Positions 23,225 to 35,790 of a stretch of DNA of 64,000 nt are shown here, piece by piece. Below the pieces are notes generated by a model, which saw nothing but the letters and a program-made list of their open reading frames with translations, was not told the origin of the DNA and ran no database searches. Position 1 is the first letter of the stretch, and every line of letters begins with the position of its first letter. Both the position numbers and the translations under genes were made by a program. This DNA is from Bugula neritina. Lineage: Eukaryota; Animalia; Bryozoa. The stretch spans positions 4,183,538 through 4,247,537 of the forward strand of contig OZ037772.1 of NCBI GenBank assembly GCA_964035545.1, in the 5' to 3' direction.

Positions 23225-23685
23225 TTGAAATATGAATATACAGGACAACAGGCTATGAATATACAGGACAACAGGCTATGAATATACAGGACATCAGGCT
23301 ATGAATATACAGGACAACAGGCTTTGAATATACAGGATAACAGGCTATGAATATACAGGAAAACAGGCTATGAATATACGGGACAACAGGCTATGAATAT
23401 ACAGGACAACGGGCTATAAATATACAGGACAACAGGCTATGAATATACAGGACAACAGGCTATGAATATACAGGAAAACAGGCTATGAATATACAGGACT
23501 ACAGGCTATGAATATACAGGACAACAGGCTATGAATATACAGGACAAAAGGCTATGAATATACAAGACAACAGGCTATGAATATACAAGACAACAGGCTA
23601 TGAATATACAGGACAAAAGGCTATGAATATACGGGACAACAGGCTATGAATATACAGGACAAAAGGCTATGAATATACAGGAAAC
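23225..23685. repeat. 23-bp minisatellite, about 20 copies
   Basis: Unit AGGCTATGAATATACAGGACAAC. Confidence 0.95.
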
Positions 23686-26460
23686 AGAGCACCTGTCCCA
23701 AACTCCATCTCCACAAAGTCGTCGGCCACAATAGGTATTCTCCTGTCAGCAAAAAGATGTCTCACGAATTTCCCGTGTAAGTGTTTGTATCGGCCGTCTT
23801 CAGGGTGGACAGCCACGGCAGTGTCACCTACAATAGTTACCAGACTTTATAGTCTCTCACAGTATTAAGTATTGATATACAATTATATATTTACTGAGTC
23901 TTTACCAGATCCAACTTTACAGTCACTATACTCAGAGTACACAACTCCCAGTAAGTTAGTATCAAGCTAATTAACCACTAACCTCCCTATTCACGCTTAC
24001 CGTATCGTATCGTAACAGCAAATATCAGCCATTTTTACAAATGTCTGAGCTTCCTGTACGGTATTGCGGTACGGTAGGATCAAGCACTGCTTGATTCAAA
24101 TAAGTTGCGGCGGACTCCTATTGGACAGAAAAACTTTTGCGTTAATTCATTGGATATAAATGTCCAATGTAGCGTCATAGATCGTACCTATTAGCGGACT
24201 TTGAACACTTCAACCCGCACCTTAAACCAAAATGGAATAATAAAATTAAAGAACTTAGGCTATCTCAAGTTCTTCACTACTGCTCCTAAGTGAGAAAGTA
24301 AAAATAGTTAGAGAGATCTACTGGAGTTACTTCAACTGGCAGCAAGAGTCAGCTATTATTACGTTGCTAAGCAACAAAGCTATCAGTGACATTGATGTCT
24401 ACTAACCCAACATAGTTTCTAATCTAGTTGTGGCCACAATGATATTTTCGTCAGAGTCTTCTACTTTATATGCAAAGGAAAGGAGAACTCCGAACTCCAC
24501 CTTCTCCTTGTAGCCCGGCACAGAGAGCATAGTCCTTCCTGTCAACTCTACTTTGTCTACCTGCAATCAGTGATACAACTCTCTCAGACTATACAGGTCA
24601 AAGGTTAAACTGTAGTGTGTGCTTCTGAGTCACTGCGTTCTCATTCTTTTCTATTAGTTCACATTGTGTAAATGGATGCTCGTACGAATGAATATGTGGC
24701 TGTGGTCTCATTGATGTATTCATTCGAAGATAGTCATAATGTAATATATCAGGCTGTGTCTGAATACTACTATTAGGTTAGTTACTACCAACACACAAGT
24801 CTCGCAGTGAATAAACAGTTGACGTACACACAGCCGGGAGTCAGACTGATACTGTACGATATACCTCAATATCAGAGATGGCAGAGTTGAGAGTACAGGA
24901 CCAGTTGACCAGTCGGTTAGCTCTGTAGATCACACCTTTCTCGTGCATTCTGATAAACGCTTCGTTCACCGCTTTTAAAGATTTCTAATAAACAAGTATA
25001 TATGAGTCATGTGTCAAGTGTGAGCTGATTGGAGACCAGGCCTCATGATTAACCAATCATAGAGAGGATAACACACTGAGTCAGTAAACAGCCGACACGG
25101 CATATAGACTCCACTACTCAAACATAATATATGTATAGAGAGGATAACTCCTCACCTCATCCATAGTGAACGTAGTTCTGTCCCAGTCATAAGACCCGCC
25201 CACTTTCCTCAACTGATGGTAGATTCTGTCTACTTTTCTATAGAAATTATATAATAACACTGACCAATCGTTGGGCTGCAAAACTTAGTTATATTAGCAA
25301 CTTAAATAATGAGTCCAATGATAGAGTGTGATGAAGTAAACCTATATTTAACTTTTTGTATATTCAATTATATATAAGAATTTTATCATATTAACGCTAT
25401 TATATTATCTTATATCAAACTGTAGCAACTGCACACCAATAAGATAAAATAAAAACTTAAACCCGAATACTAAGTCGCTATGAAATGCATTTTCAAGATA
25501 AAATATTCCCTTACTGGTTCTTCCAGTCCCACACTCGTCTCACAAACTTATCTCGTCCCAAATCGTATCGAGTTTTATTCTCTTCTAAAGCGAGTTTTTT
25601 CTCGACGACAACTTGATTGGCTATTCCTGCGTGGTCACATCCGGGTACAAACAGTGTCACCTTCCCATTCATCCGGTGCCTGACAATACAACAGAACTGA
25701 CACCTGCAGACACCTGACAACACAAGCATATCAGACACCTGCAGATATTCTGGAAAGGTGCTGAGAGAAATATCTGTGGTTGAAACAACATCAATATAAT
25801 AGATGAATGACTTATGCCAACCGGTACTTAACACAAATTTTATCAGCATTAAAAAAAGAAGTAACAGGGGGATGTTCATAGCCTGTCTGTGGAACATCTC
25901 AAAGTGAGTTGGCAAGATGCCGAAATGTCATGTAGTCACCACCAGAGGAATGGTGTCTACTGTTACATGCTATTAGCTACATACACCACCAGTTTAGTGA
26001 CTAGGTAAGTACGGAGTTGTCTCATCTATATGAATGAACATCTCACCACCGAACTATCGCATCCTCAACCGCCCCCGTGAGGGCGTGTCCTAGGTGAAGA
26101 GTCCCGGTCACATTAGGGGGAGGGATCATGATGATAAACTTCTCTTCAGGTGTGAGTTTCAGCACATCTCTACCTGTTACAAAGCAACCAATCACATCTC
26201 TCTCGGTTACAAAGTAAAAAGCAACCAATCACAGTACCTGTTACAACAGAGTAACAAATCACACCTCTACGTGTTAGAAGTAACCAATCACACATTATAG
26301 ACTTTACTAGGATGAGAAGTGTACCTTTGAGATTATACTCAGGTTTGAAAAATCCTTCCTTCTCCCACCAAGAGTACCAGGCAGCTTCCACATAGGACGG
26401 GGAGTAAGAATCAGGCATGGGACACGTCGTGTCTAGAATAACAGAAAACTATAAAGTATA

Positions 26461-26670
26461 GGGGAGCAGCTGTGGTCTAGGGGTTAGAGCGTTTGTCTAG
26501 TCACCTAGTGAACATGAAGCCATTGTTTGACAAAGGCCATTGTGATGTTAAAAAGAGCATCCAGTCATAATTGCTCCTGTGCCTCATCTAAATAAGTCCT
26601 CAGCCTGTTTTAACAAAAATGCTTTCCACCAGAAGTCTCTCACAAGGATGGTGACTATACACGGATATCT
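26461..26670 (+). mobile_element. Probable tRNA-derived SINE remnant
   Basis: tRNA-like head GGGGAGCAGCTGTGGTCTAGGGGTTAGAGCG with an A-box; no intact cloverleaf or B-box. Confidence 0.4.
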
Positions 26671-26940
26671 AGATATACTAAGTTGAGACTTGTCTTCTAC
26701 TGGTCCATACAGTTCAAATATGATGAACACATGTATAAATACAATAATCTATTCATAGCCCATAGTCTAACCACCAAAAAGGACGAATAAATAAGACGTG
26801 GCCTGACACTACTACTACTACAACTTATATAACTTATACACAACAGATTGTTAGGAGTATTTGAATCTGAGGCTATCCAATGTATGAGTAGGGCAGCCCT
26901 AAATGTAGGATATTGGAATACCATGTCTTATTACTTCAGT

Positions 26941-27330
26941 CTAAAGCAGTGTTTATACCTTCACGAATTTCGGTCAGAAATTCAATTTTGCCGAGTTGCA
27001 TTTCATTCTAAAAGCCAATCATCAAAATTTTTGCTTTGTACATGCTTAATCAAATAATTTTAGAGTAACAATCAAAGGGAATGATAACTCCTTTAGATAT
27101 GGGGTATTCATGTTTATAATTACATCGGCTGTCTTTTTCAATTATCACTTTTATGCTGTCAACTTAATTTATTACGTTTTCAAAGGGCATCAAATAGTGA
27201 TTAAGCGAGTTATATTTGAGTATTACAGAGTGAGCTTCCTTATTAATATGATTTCAACAATTTTAAGTAAGACTATAGAGGGGCGGGAAACACTGAACTC
27301 CTTTCAGTAAAGATAGAAACGCAACTTCAG
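26941..27330. mobile_element. MITE related to 60202-60655
   Basis: Shares GTTTATACCTTCACGA.TTTCGGTCA, AAGGGCATCAAATAG and the AAACGCAACTT end. Confidence 0.7.
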
Positions 27331-28169
27331 TTTAAACTGCTTACACACATAACTGTGTGTTCACTACCGAGCAGTGTACACTGATAAATCAGTGCTTCAA
27401 CTGAAACTTGTAAGTAAAGGAATGAAGAGCTCAATTGAGTATAAAATGTAGAGAATAATTGAACTGAACCTTTCTTATGGCCAACTGGTGTGTCATTGAC
27501 ATACGTTACTACAGCCTTCTCCTTTTTCTCTTTCACTTTTTTCTAGAAAAAAAAATCAAATTTGAAGAAAATAAAATGGAAATTGTTAGCTACAGATACA
27601 GACAACTTCCAGGTAAAAGTACAGCCATACAGTCCGCAATACGAATATGTAATTCAAGTAACACTTTCATGTAGAAGTACAACCATAAATATGAATAGAA
27701 AGTAACACAAATATATACATTTAGGAGCAGTAGTGTAGAAATCGAGATAGCCTAGGTTCTTTAATCTTATTATCAAATTTTGGTTTGGGGTTTGGGTTGA
27801 AATTCTTACAAAAACACAACTTCTTATGCTACATTTCTAATCTAGAACACAGGCTTTCTCAATTTCTCCATTACTGCACCTACCTTAGTATATATATAAC
27901 CTGTAACTAACTAATCAGACACCTCAGTAGTCGTGGCAGACTTTGCCTTCTGTTTAGCCTGCTTAGCTTGAAACTTGGCTAGTTTAGCAGCTTTAGCAGC
28001 TTCTTTCTATAACTCTTTCTCAGATTTCACCTTGACCTCGCCAGTTGGCGCATCACCAGGGTTCACTTCCGACATGTTCGTTTATTGTGAGACTTCCCTT
28101 AAAACACAATCAGCCGGCATGGAACTAATAGATATCTCAATACTAAACATACAAACTACTGACCCAGTA

Positions 28170-28682
28170 TAGTTATAGACAGATATTTGCAGATATTTGA
28201 GATCCCCGTTTGCAATACCTCATCAAAGATATAGAACAGGTGCAAAATAATGCAATCAGATTCATTGCTAAATTGAAAGGCAGAGACAGTATCCCTGTGG
28301 CACGTGACAAACTAAACCTAGAATCTCTCCCCAACAGACGCTTCAAGCTGAGGCACAAGTTACTGTTGCGACTTCTATCTAATGAGGGAAATCAGGCATC
28401 TCTAACCAACTCCTATGAACTGATGAACAGTAAAACCTAAAATACTAGGTTTACTAAGGCATCAAGCAGGGACGATCCTCTAACCATTTTTGCAAAATCA
28501 GCAGCCTACTACAGCAGCTTCTTTCCAAAAACAGCCCGAGAGCTTAAGTCTATGCTAAATAATTAGTCAATGCACCAGAGTTGTATATGTGCAACATACT
28601 GAAAATACTTGCTAGCCTGTAATCGGCAACTGTAGAGGTGTGCCTCTTGCTACATGCTCTAATGCGAGTAAGAGGTAAGAGG
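28170..28682 (+). mobile_element. 5'-truncated CR1-like LINE 3' end
   Basis: (W)DP...IKDIEQVQNNAIRFI...LNLESLPNRR...SSFFPKTARE, the typical post-RT C-terminus; short tandem tail GTAAGAG x2. Confidence 0.8.
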
Positions 28683-29059
28683 ACTATCAATATGACTATC
28701 AATATTAGTAGGAGTACCCAAGTACCAGTAGACATAGTAGCTGTAGAAAGTCTATCCCAATCAGTAACTGTAAGTCGTGAGGGCTGAGAGTATAACTAGA
28801 AATATAAAAAACTATAACTTGAGTATAACTAATTGAAGGTGAGTTAACATAAATTAAAAAATAATAAATATAATTACTACAAAATCAAAATGATATATGC
28901 ATTATGATTATAAATATTTATATTTTATAATAATTTTTTAATTTATTTGTATCATTTTATTTAGGTTCATCACCTTTCATTATGATTATTGAAATTCATA
29001 AATCATATTCATAACGATAATGATAATCACTTAAAAAAAAATTGATAAACCCATAATCA

Positions 29060-29528
29060 TGTTGTGGTGGGGTTTTACTAATTTTGAGTATTATAAACTC
29101 ACCGAATAATATATTTAATATGGCCTTGGGGTGAGCTCGGGGTCGGTGTGCAGTTGCGGGTTTATAGCTTGGCTGCGAGGTAACTCCAGCTCCTGTCTGT
29201 CTGGTAGGGGTGAAGTTGAGACTCCGGGTTAGAGTAGTTGGCTGGTGGTGCTCCTCGGTCTATGGTCCTGAGCTAGCACTCACAAACGTACTCTAACACA
29301 TTCTAATTAGGTTGCACACATTCTATATAACTATTCACAATCGTTCCTCAATCTGTCTCAAGTCTTCCCCATTCTCCCATTTTCACTAGGTTATATAGCT
29401 ATCACACTCACACAAGCCACACCCACACTATAAGTAATATTAATGTCAAACTTAGAGTTGTGCACCCCACACACATGCAACAGCAAGAGATGACAACTAC
29501 ACATATACTTATAAATCCAGATATAACA
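29060..29528 (-). repeat. 3' LTR of the Gag-only element
   Basis: Direct repeat of 34568-35036. Confidence 0.96.
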
Positions 29529-29964
29529 TTCTCCGTCACAATAAAAATTTACAGTTCCACCTGTAAATACTTGACTAGGGGCATTGCGATTTAAGGATAA
29601 ATATTGCAGTAACAAGGTTAAACTATTAAATATGTAATTACTTTAGGATTACTGGACATATTAGAACTTGCAATATATTAGACATTGGGTATAATTGATA
29701 TTAATAGACGTATTGGAAATTACTACATACATAGTAACTTTTATATATAGCTGTGAGCGTCTACTAGCCTCACAACTGTTTAATAGGGCTGTGGGATTTA
29801 CTACTACTATTGACCAAGTTATAGAATAGGTAACATACAAGAGAACAGCACAGCAAGAATTAGTTCAACTTCTGTCTATTGAAAGTTGCAAATTTCCTTT
29901 TGTTACCTTTTATAAAATAGAGCCTATCAGACAAAATGCTATAGATGCATGTATGCTATATATG

Positions 29965-29997
<33 letters not shown>

Positions 29998-32950
29998 ATA
30001 TATATATATTTTTTTTTTTTAATCACCTTGTGGATCACTTTATGTTCTATTGGAAGAAATTAGTATATTAAATATTAGTCTGTACTATACCTACACTTGA
30101 AAAAAATAAAAAACGTTTATCCAGTAAATATAACCATAATATGTTAGTGCACGTAGCATGTAGCATGCAAGATCTGAACGATGAAACTTGAACAAGCCAA
30201 GACCTAGGTAGAAAGTAGCTTCATCAGTCAGCGTTTATTTATTTTTTTTTTGCAGTGATTGCATCAATTTCTATTTTTTTTTTTTTAAACTAAATGAGTT
30301 AGCACGACTTAAATCTGAATTTTATAGTTAACTAAGCATTATAAATTAAATCTTAAAATTGAAAATTATGCAGGGTATTTGTAAATGAGTTGTGGCTATG
30401 TAGCCCTATCTTCAAAGAAAGTATCAATTACTATTTTTCTAGATTATGAGATATTATGAGACATATGCAATTTAATTATAAGCTTACTTCCACATTAAAT
30501 ATAATAACCTTTTAATCTGACAGATGTTGCCAGACCAATTATTTTGATTAATGACTTATCTAATTCTAAGTAGCCCCTCTTATTAGTATAAAATCGGCAA
30601 GGATTAGCATAATTAGTATAATTTATTCTATATACCATCTTTGTAACTATAGTGGAAAAACTGTAGTCTGCAATGTTATACACACAGTAATAGCAATGGC
30701 CTTGTATTATATTCTGTTTATATAGCACTAAACTCATATCAGCGGTTACTCTAATCTGTGGGACTTGAACTAAGGAATTATAATTAATTACTCCTGACTT
30801 TTAATATTGGCTGTGGCGACTTACATTTATAAGCTTGTATTCAATGCTAATTCCAACTATATACATATCAAGCACATTATATGGCGTGGGAAAAGACTAT
30901 AACGGAGATTGGAGTATGGTGGTACCAGTCTATACCAATGTAATATGTGATTAAGGATTAGAGGTCTACGTAGATAAGTGTATTTACTGGGGCTAGTATA
31001 TTTCTTTATAAGGATAAGGCTAACATAATTAATATAATATGATGACTGTATGAGCCTGTCGTAAACTAAGATGTATATAAATATGGAGAGAATGACAATT
31101 GATATAGGCAATAGGCCTGAGTATCTTTATCACAATAATAGAAATGTCTACAAAGTAAAATCCAGGACCCAAAAGAGAATGGAAACACCTTCATCATACA
31201 GAGTTGTGTAATATAATATCTCAAGCAATAATTTCAAGCTGTCTTGCTGGGTAAGGCTTACAGCTCATTAAAGTTTATGTTTGGTCTACTATTTCCTAAA
31301 CTGTCTAGTTTGATTCACTTAGAGCCAGCTATCAGGTTAATTAACAAAACTACTTCCCCTTAGATTATCACTAATTGCTTCCAACCTTCAGAACTCAACT
31401 ATGTCAACATTTTCCTAGAGAATAAAAATTAACCTCTGATTATTGCTCCAGCAGCAAGATGATATCAATTAATAAACACTATGAACCTGTAGATTCACAA
31501 GACTATGGTTGTCATACATATTGAACTTTTCCAGTTCATTGATAATACACATCAGTTAGAGAGTAATAATGGTATGGTGCAGTAGTCACAGACGATGACT
31601 ACCTACCAGCTTGAGTTTATCAAGGTATATAGGCCTGCGTGGTTGGTAATGAGCTTAATAGATGATTACTTCAAGAGAAAATCTTATAAGGCGATAAGAC
31701 GTATTATATATTAATTCGATTAGTAATTTGACTAAATAGTATTGCACTCAGGTATAAGAAGTTTTAATTAAAGTTAACTAAGGCCATAATCTAAACAAAA
31801 CATGGGAGTGACTGAGACTGTACAGGTGGCAGCTGACATGCCCCATGCGCTGCAGTCACATGTAGCAATGCCAGCCCCCACAGTGCCTGTCTCCACATAT
31901 ATCCTACTAACAATAACGCTTATATTCTATTCTCCTCTTGAAAAAGTAATTGCAAACAACATTGATCCCTGGTGACTCTTATATGAGTTTGGTACACATA
32001 ACTACAGTATAATATTTTTATAGCTAGTTTTATTTATGTTTTCAAATAAGTAAATTACTGGATTACTGTCGTGTCATAGCCTACTAAATAAAGTCATATA
32101 CTGTCGTACGTGAGGCGCCAGCACAAGTTGTGCTTAAATGTGCGGCGTGGCCAGGCAGCAGCAGCGCTTCATTAATAGAAAATTCACAACATGAGATTGT
32201 ATACATATATCCATCACCAACATATAGACAGTGGTTAGTATTAATAGCTAGCATGCAGGGTAGCAAAATGCACCAGAGTAATGTGCACTCAGTCTATTTC
32301 ATACGTCTATGAAATTTAGTCTAGTCAATGTCAGAGTATAGAGCTCTATGGACGTCCAGTAGTAATTTTTGTTTTTTGCAAGGCCTGTAAATTTGTTGTA
32401 TTTTCGTACGGATTTATGCATGCTGTCGGTATACCATTATGAAATTTTATATATTCGATCTGTGTCGGTGTCCCATTTTCTGTAGTGATTCTACGTACGT
32501 GTTGCCCTACTGACGTGTCGTCATGGCGATATAAATTATACAATTGTTTTTCGATTCGTTTGTTGTTCGGGACAGTTTGTGTTTAAAAGCGCTTTATATA
32601 AATTATCGTATGTAGCCTATTTGTTGAAGTAGCCTATATATATTATGACAGTATACTGTGTAGCCCTAGTTTTACGATTGAAGTTTAACGTCATTCTGGA
32701 CGAGCCCTGTAATTCCATAAAATTGTTAGTATATGTGCACATACATTGAATGATGGCCTGCAAGCGTCCAACAGCTCGATAGGCTGGGACTACGGAGTAA
32801 ATAGTATATCGAGTTGGGCATTAGTGGCTTGTACATGTCCAACAGCCGGATGGGCTGGGACTATAAGAAACTAATATGGAGATTTATAGAAACTCTTAGG
32901 CTGGCTACATAATGGGCTAGTAATTTAATTATATAAATACCTATCTAGAT

Positions 32951-34258
32951 CTAGGTACTGAGGGCTTGTATTTGGGCTAGAATATTGTTATTGTTCAGAC
33001 TGCCAGGGGGGAGAGGGTCAAGTCTGACAATGACTTTTGAGAAGTATCTCAAAAGCTTGTTGGCCAACCTATAAATGTATTTGGTGTGTGGGCCGAATTT
33101 TGGCTTACTCAACTTAGGAAAAATTATTTTGTAATTTCCAAGTAATAGAATACCGTTATGCCCTTGGGTTTGACATTTAACCCTGCCACTTGAGTAGATG
33201 TCTTTACCCAGTTTAAAGATAAAAGTGACGCCAAAACAAATGCTTGTGATGGTGCACACCAGGTGTTGCAGGGTAGAGAAAAGCATGTATATAAGAAGAT
33301 ATATGGCTGCTGTCACAGGGTGACTGCACACATTAAATACCTTATCAGAGGCTTTCGAGCTTGAGTGAAGGTTGGGTGTGGCAGTCATCACATCCTGATG
33401 AAGGCTTGCAGCTATCTTCTCTTCTGGTGAGACTTTGCTAGTAGGTCGGGCTTGCTCTCCAGTAGCTGAACATGGCGATGCCGATGGACAGCTGGGGTTC
33501 ATACCTTCTGCCTCAGTGGTACCGTCTGAGGTTGCAGGTATTTCCGATGCTGGGTTGCAGTGCTGGGTGCTTCCGGCAGGTTGTGGGGTGGAGAATCTGG
33601 ACTCGGGGGTCTGGGTGTTTGATTCTTCATCTGCCGGTCTGCACTCTGAACCTACTTTAGTAATAATACTGGCGCAGATATGGCATTTGGTAGGTTTCCT
33701 ACTCGGACTGTCCACGCTGTGCTTGTAGCAGAGTGTGAACAACTCCTCTATGGTTGGTGGATTTTTAAACCTACCTGCCAGTTGTGGCAGCAAAATGTAA
33801 CTTAGCTCACGGTTACCTACGCCAGTAGCAAAAGTCTCACCTATAATTGTAAGTTTTGAGCCACTATCTAGCATATATAGATTATTGCCCTCATCGATAA
33901 CTCTACATAAAAAGTCTTCTGTAGACTCATGGGCCCTAATATGGAGGTCTAGGAACTTTTTCATCTTTGTAGAGTGGTTCTTATTAAACTTTTTGTCAAG
34001 AACATTAATCAGGGTGTCAAATGAGATTTGGAAATTTGTAGACCTTACAATGTTCTGATAACTTTGTTTTGCATTACCATAGAGACAAAGGCCTAGGAAT
34101 TTAACACTTTGCTCATCTGTGAGGTTGAGAGCTTTTGCTCGATAGCTAAAATCAGCTTTGGTTCGATACCAATTGTCAGAAATATCACCAAATTGATGAA
34201 CAAAAGCCCAACTTTTGGGGCATCTAAATAAGTGGCACCAGTCACTACATGTGGCCAT
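32951..34258 (-). CDS. gag: Gag-like protein, 435 aa, with Pro/Ser/Thr-rich linker and C-terminal hydrophobic segment
   Basis: First ORF after the PBS. Capsid-like pattern LNLTDEQSVKFLGLCLYGNAKQSY...FDTLINVLDKKF...ESTEDFLCRV...ETFATGV...PPTIEE; partial knuckle KCHIC; hydrophobic VTAAIYLLIYMLFSTLQHLVCTITSICFGVTFIF. Confidence 0.75.
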   Translation of the reverse strand: MATCSDWCHLFRCPKSWAFVHQFGDISDNWYRTKADFSYRAKALNLTDEQSVKFLGLCLYGNAKQSYQNIVRSTNFQISFDTLINVLDKKFNKNHSTKMKKFLDLHIRAHESTEDFLCRVIDEGNNLYMLDSGSKLTIIGETFATGVGNRELSYILLPQLAGRFKNPPTIEELFTLCYKHSVDSPSRKPTKCHICASIITKVGSECRPADEESNTQTPESRFSTPQPAGSTQHCNPASEIPATSDGTTEAEGMNPSCPSASPCSATGEQARPTSKVSPEEKIAASLHQDVMTATPNLHSSSKASDKVFNVCSHPVTAAIYLLIYMLFSTLQHLVCTITSICFGVTFIFKLGKDIYSSGRVKCQTQGHNGILLLGNYKIIFPKLSKPKFGPHTKYIYRLANKLLRYFSKVIVRLDPLPPGSLNNNNILAQIQALST

Positions 34259-34552
34259 TGTGTAATAGAAAATGCTATATAGGCTATTTATATATGAAAT
34301 TTGTTTATGTAAGCCTATGTATGGTTAATCATTTTTGCTTGCACAATAGGATAAATGATATAATATTTCCACCCCATATTTAAAACAGACACGTCCTCGT
34401 GTCAATTTGTGCACAAATCAACAGTAAGATAAAAACAAGCCACATTAAAAAAACAAATTGGAAAAAACTAACTGTACGGGACTTCTATGGCAGTCTCAAC
34501 TAATAAAACACACAGATAGACTAAGAAACTGGAGCGGTGCACGAGAGCGATT

Positions 34553-34565
34553 GGCACCTCCACCA
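34553..34565 (-). promoter_or_regulatory. Primer binding site complementary to the tRNA-Ala 3' end
   Basis: TGGTGGAGGTGCC on the minus strand, 2 nt from the 5' LTR; eukaryotic tRNA-Ala ends ...GGCACCTCCA-CCA. Confidence 0.75.
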
Positions 34566-34567
34566 AA

Positions 34568-35036
34568 TGTTGTGGTGGGGTTTTACTAATTTTGAGTATT
34601 ATAAACTCACCGAATAATATATTTAATATGGCCTTGGGGTGAGCTCGGGGTCGGTGTGCAGTTGCGGGTTTATAGCTTGGCTGCGAGGTAACTCCAGCTC
34701 CTGTCTGTCTGGTAGGGGTGAAGTTGAGACTCCGGGTTAGAGTAGTTGGCTGGTGGTGCTCCTCGGTCTATGGTCCTGAGCTAGCACTCACAAACGTACT
34801 CTAACACATTCTAATTAGGTTGCACACATTCTATATAACTATTCACAATCGTTCCTCAATCTGTCTCAAGTCTTCCCCATTCTCCCATTTTCACTAGGTT
34901 ATATAGCTATCACACTCACACAAGCCACACCCACACTATAAGTAATATTAATGTCAAACTTAGAGTTGTGCACCCCACACACATGCAACAGCAAGAGATG
35001 ACAACTACACATATACTTATAAATCCAGATATAACA
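34568..35036 (-). repeat. 5' LTR of the Gag-only element
   Basis: Direct repeat of 29060-29528; adjacent to the PBS. Confidence 0.96.
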
Positions 35037-35790
35037 ATCATAATGATTATTATTATCATTTATCGCTTATCAGTGATAATCATAATCATAACGATGATCT
35101 TGATCATAATCAATATGAATATCAATATCATGTTATACTTATTCAATAATTATAATTGATTGATTCTTTATTTTTTATTCATATTAATAATGAATAAAAA
35201 ATTATATTAACACTACAACTTACTTAATTAGAGTATTTATTACTATTAGTATTACTATTATTCATTATTAGTATTAGTATTACTATTACTATTAGTATTA
35301 CTTACAACTTGCTTATGCAAGAGAATTAAATCTTTAAAGCGTAGCATCCTTTTCAAGCAAAATAAGGATAATAAGTTTCGTCAAATTGAGTTAAAAACTA
35401 CAACTTATAAGTCACAAGTATAATAATAAAGCAACTTATGCTCAGTCATCACTAATCCTAGTGGGTACGGCAAGCATATAGCATAATTTATTTCACAATG
35501 CGACAAGATTATCTAGACGGTGCGATTGTACTTAAGCAATATCCAATTGTACGGTTTTTATGACTTTAAAATCCGTTTTTGAGAAGCAAGGCTAGATAGA
35601 AGTTAATGATCGATATTGACTCGCTAAGAGCTTTCATGTAAACCCGCAAACTACAACTTTTAACTTGACCGCAAAGCTGGAAGTACGATAAGCGTCGCCG
35701 TATTGATTTCAGGCGAATTTTAGTTGATTTCTTTCAAACTGCTGAGAAGTAATATTTGCTTCCATTTTATGTCTGTATCAGCCATCAGGG

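Larger units (their letters stand above)
19789..28075 (-). pseudogene. VARS1: Unprocessed, 3'-truncated cytosolic valyl-tRNA synthetase pseudogene
   Basis: Exons (minus strand): 28075-27923, 27542-27470, 26432-26325 ([14 protein letters not shown]), 26173-26047 ([18 protein letters not shown] motif), 25679-25515 (GCDHAGIA), 25237-25156, 24984-24865 ([18 protein letters not shown]), 24560-24407 ([10 protein letters not shown]), 23827-23693 ([11 protein letters not shown]), 22522-22430, 21973-21892, 21620-21459 ([17 protein letters not shown]), 20518-20413, 19985-19789 (VLDTWFSS...[10 protein letters not shown]). In-frame stops at 28007-28009, 21931-21933 and 19936-19938. GAVKITPAHD exon not found; KMSKS and anticodon-binding exons absent. 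Confidence 0.95.
29060..35036 (-). mobile_element. Non-autonomous LTR retrotransposon (Gag-like ORF only, no pol), very recent insertion
   Basis: 469-bp LTRs (29060-29528, 34568-35036) identical by eye with TG...CA ends, 4-bp TSD ATCA (29056-29059, 35037-35040), PBS at 34553-34565, one long ORF. Confidence 0.95.

Noticed and set aside
16234-23685. 35-, 43- and 23-bp repeat arrays as possible CRISPR arrays
   Set aside because: Head-to-tail repeats with no unique spacers, no cas genes, eukaryotic context.
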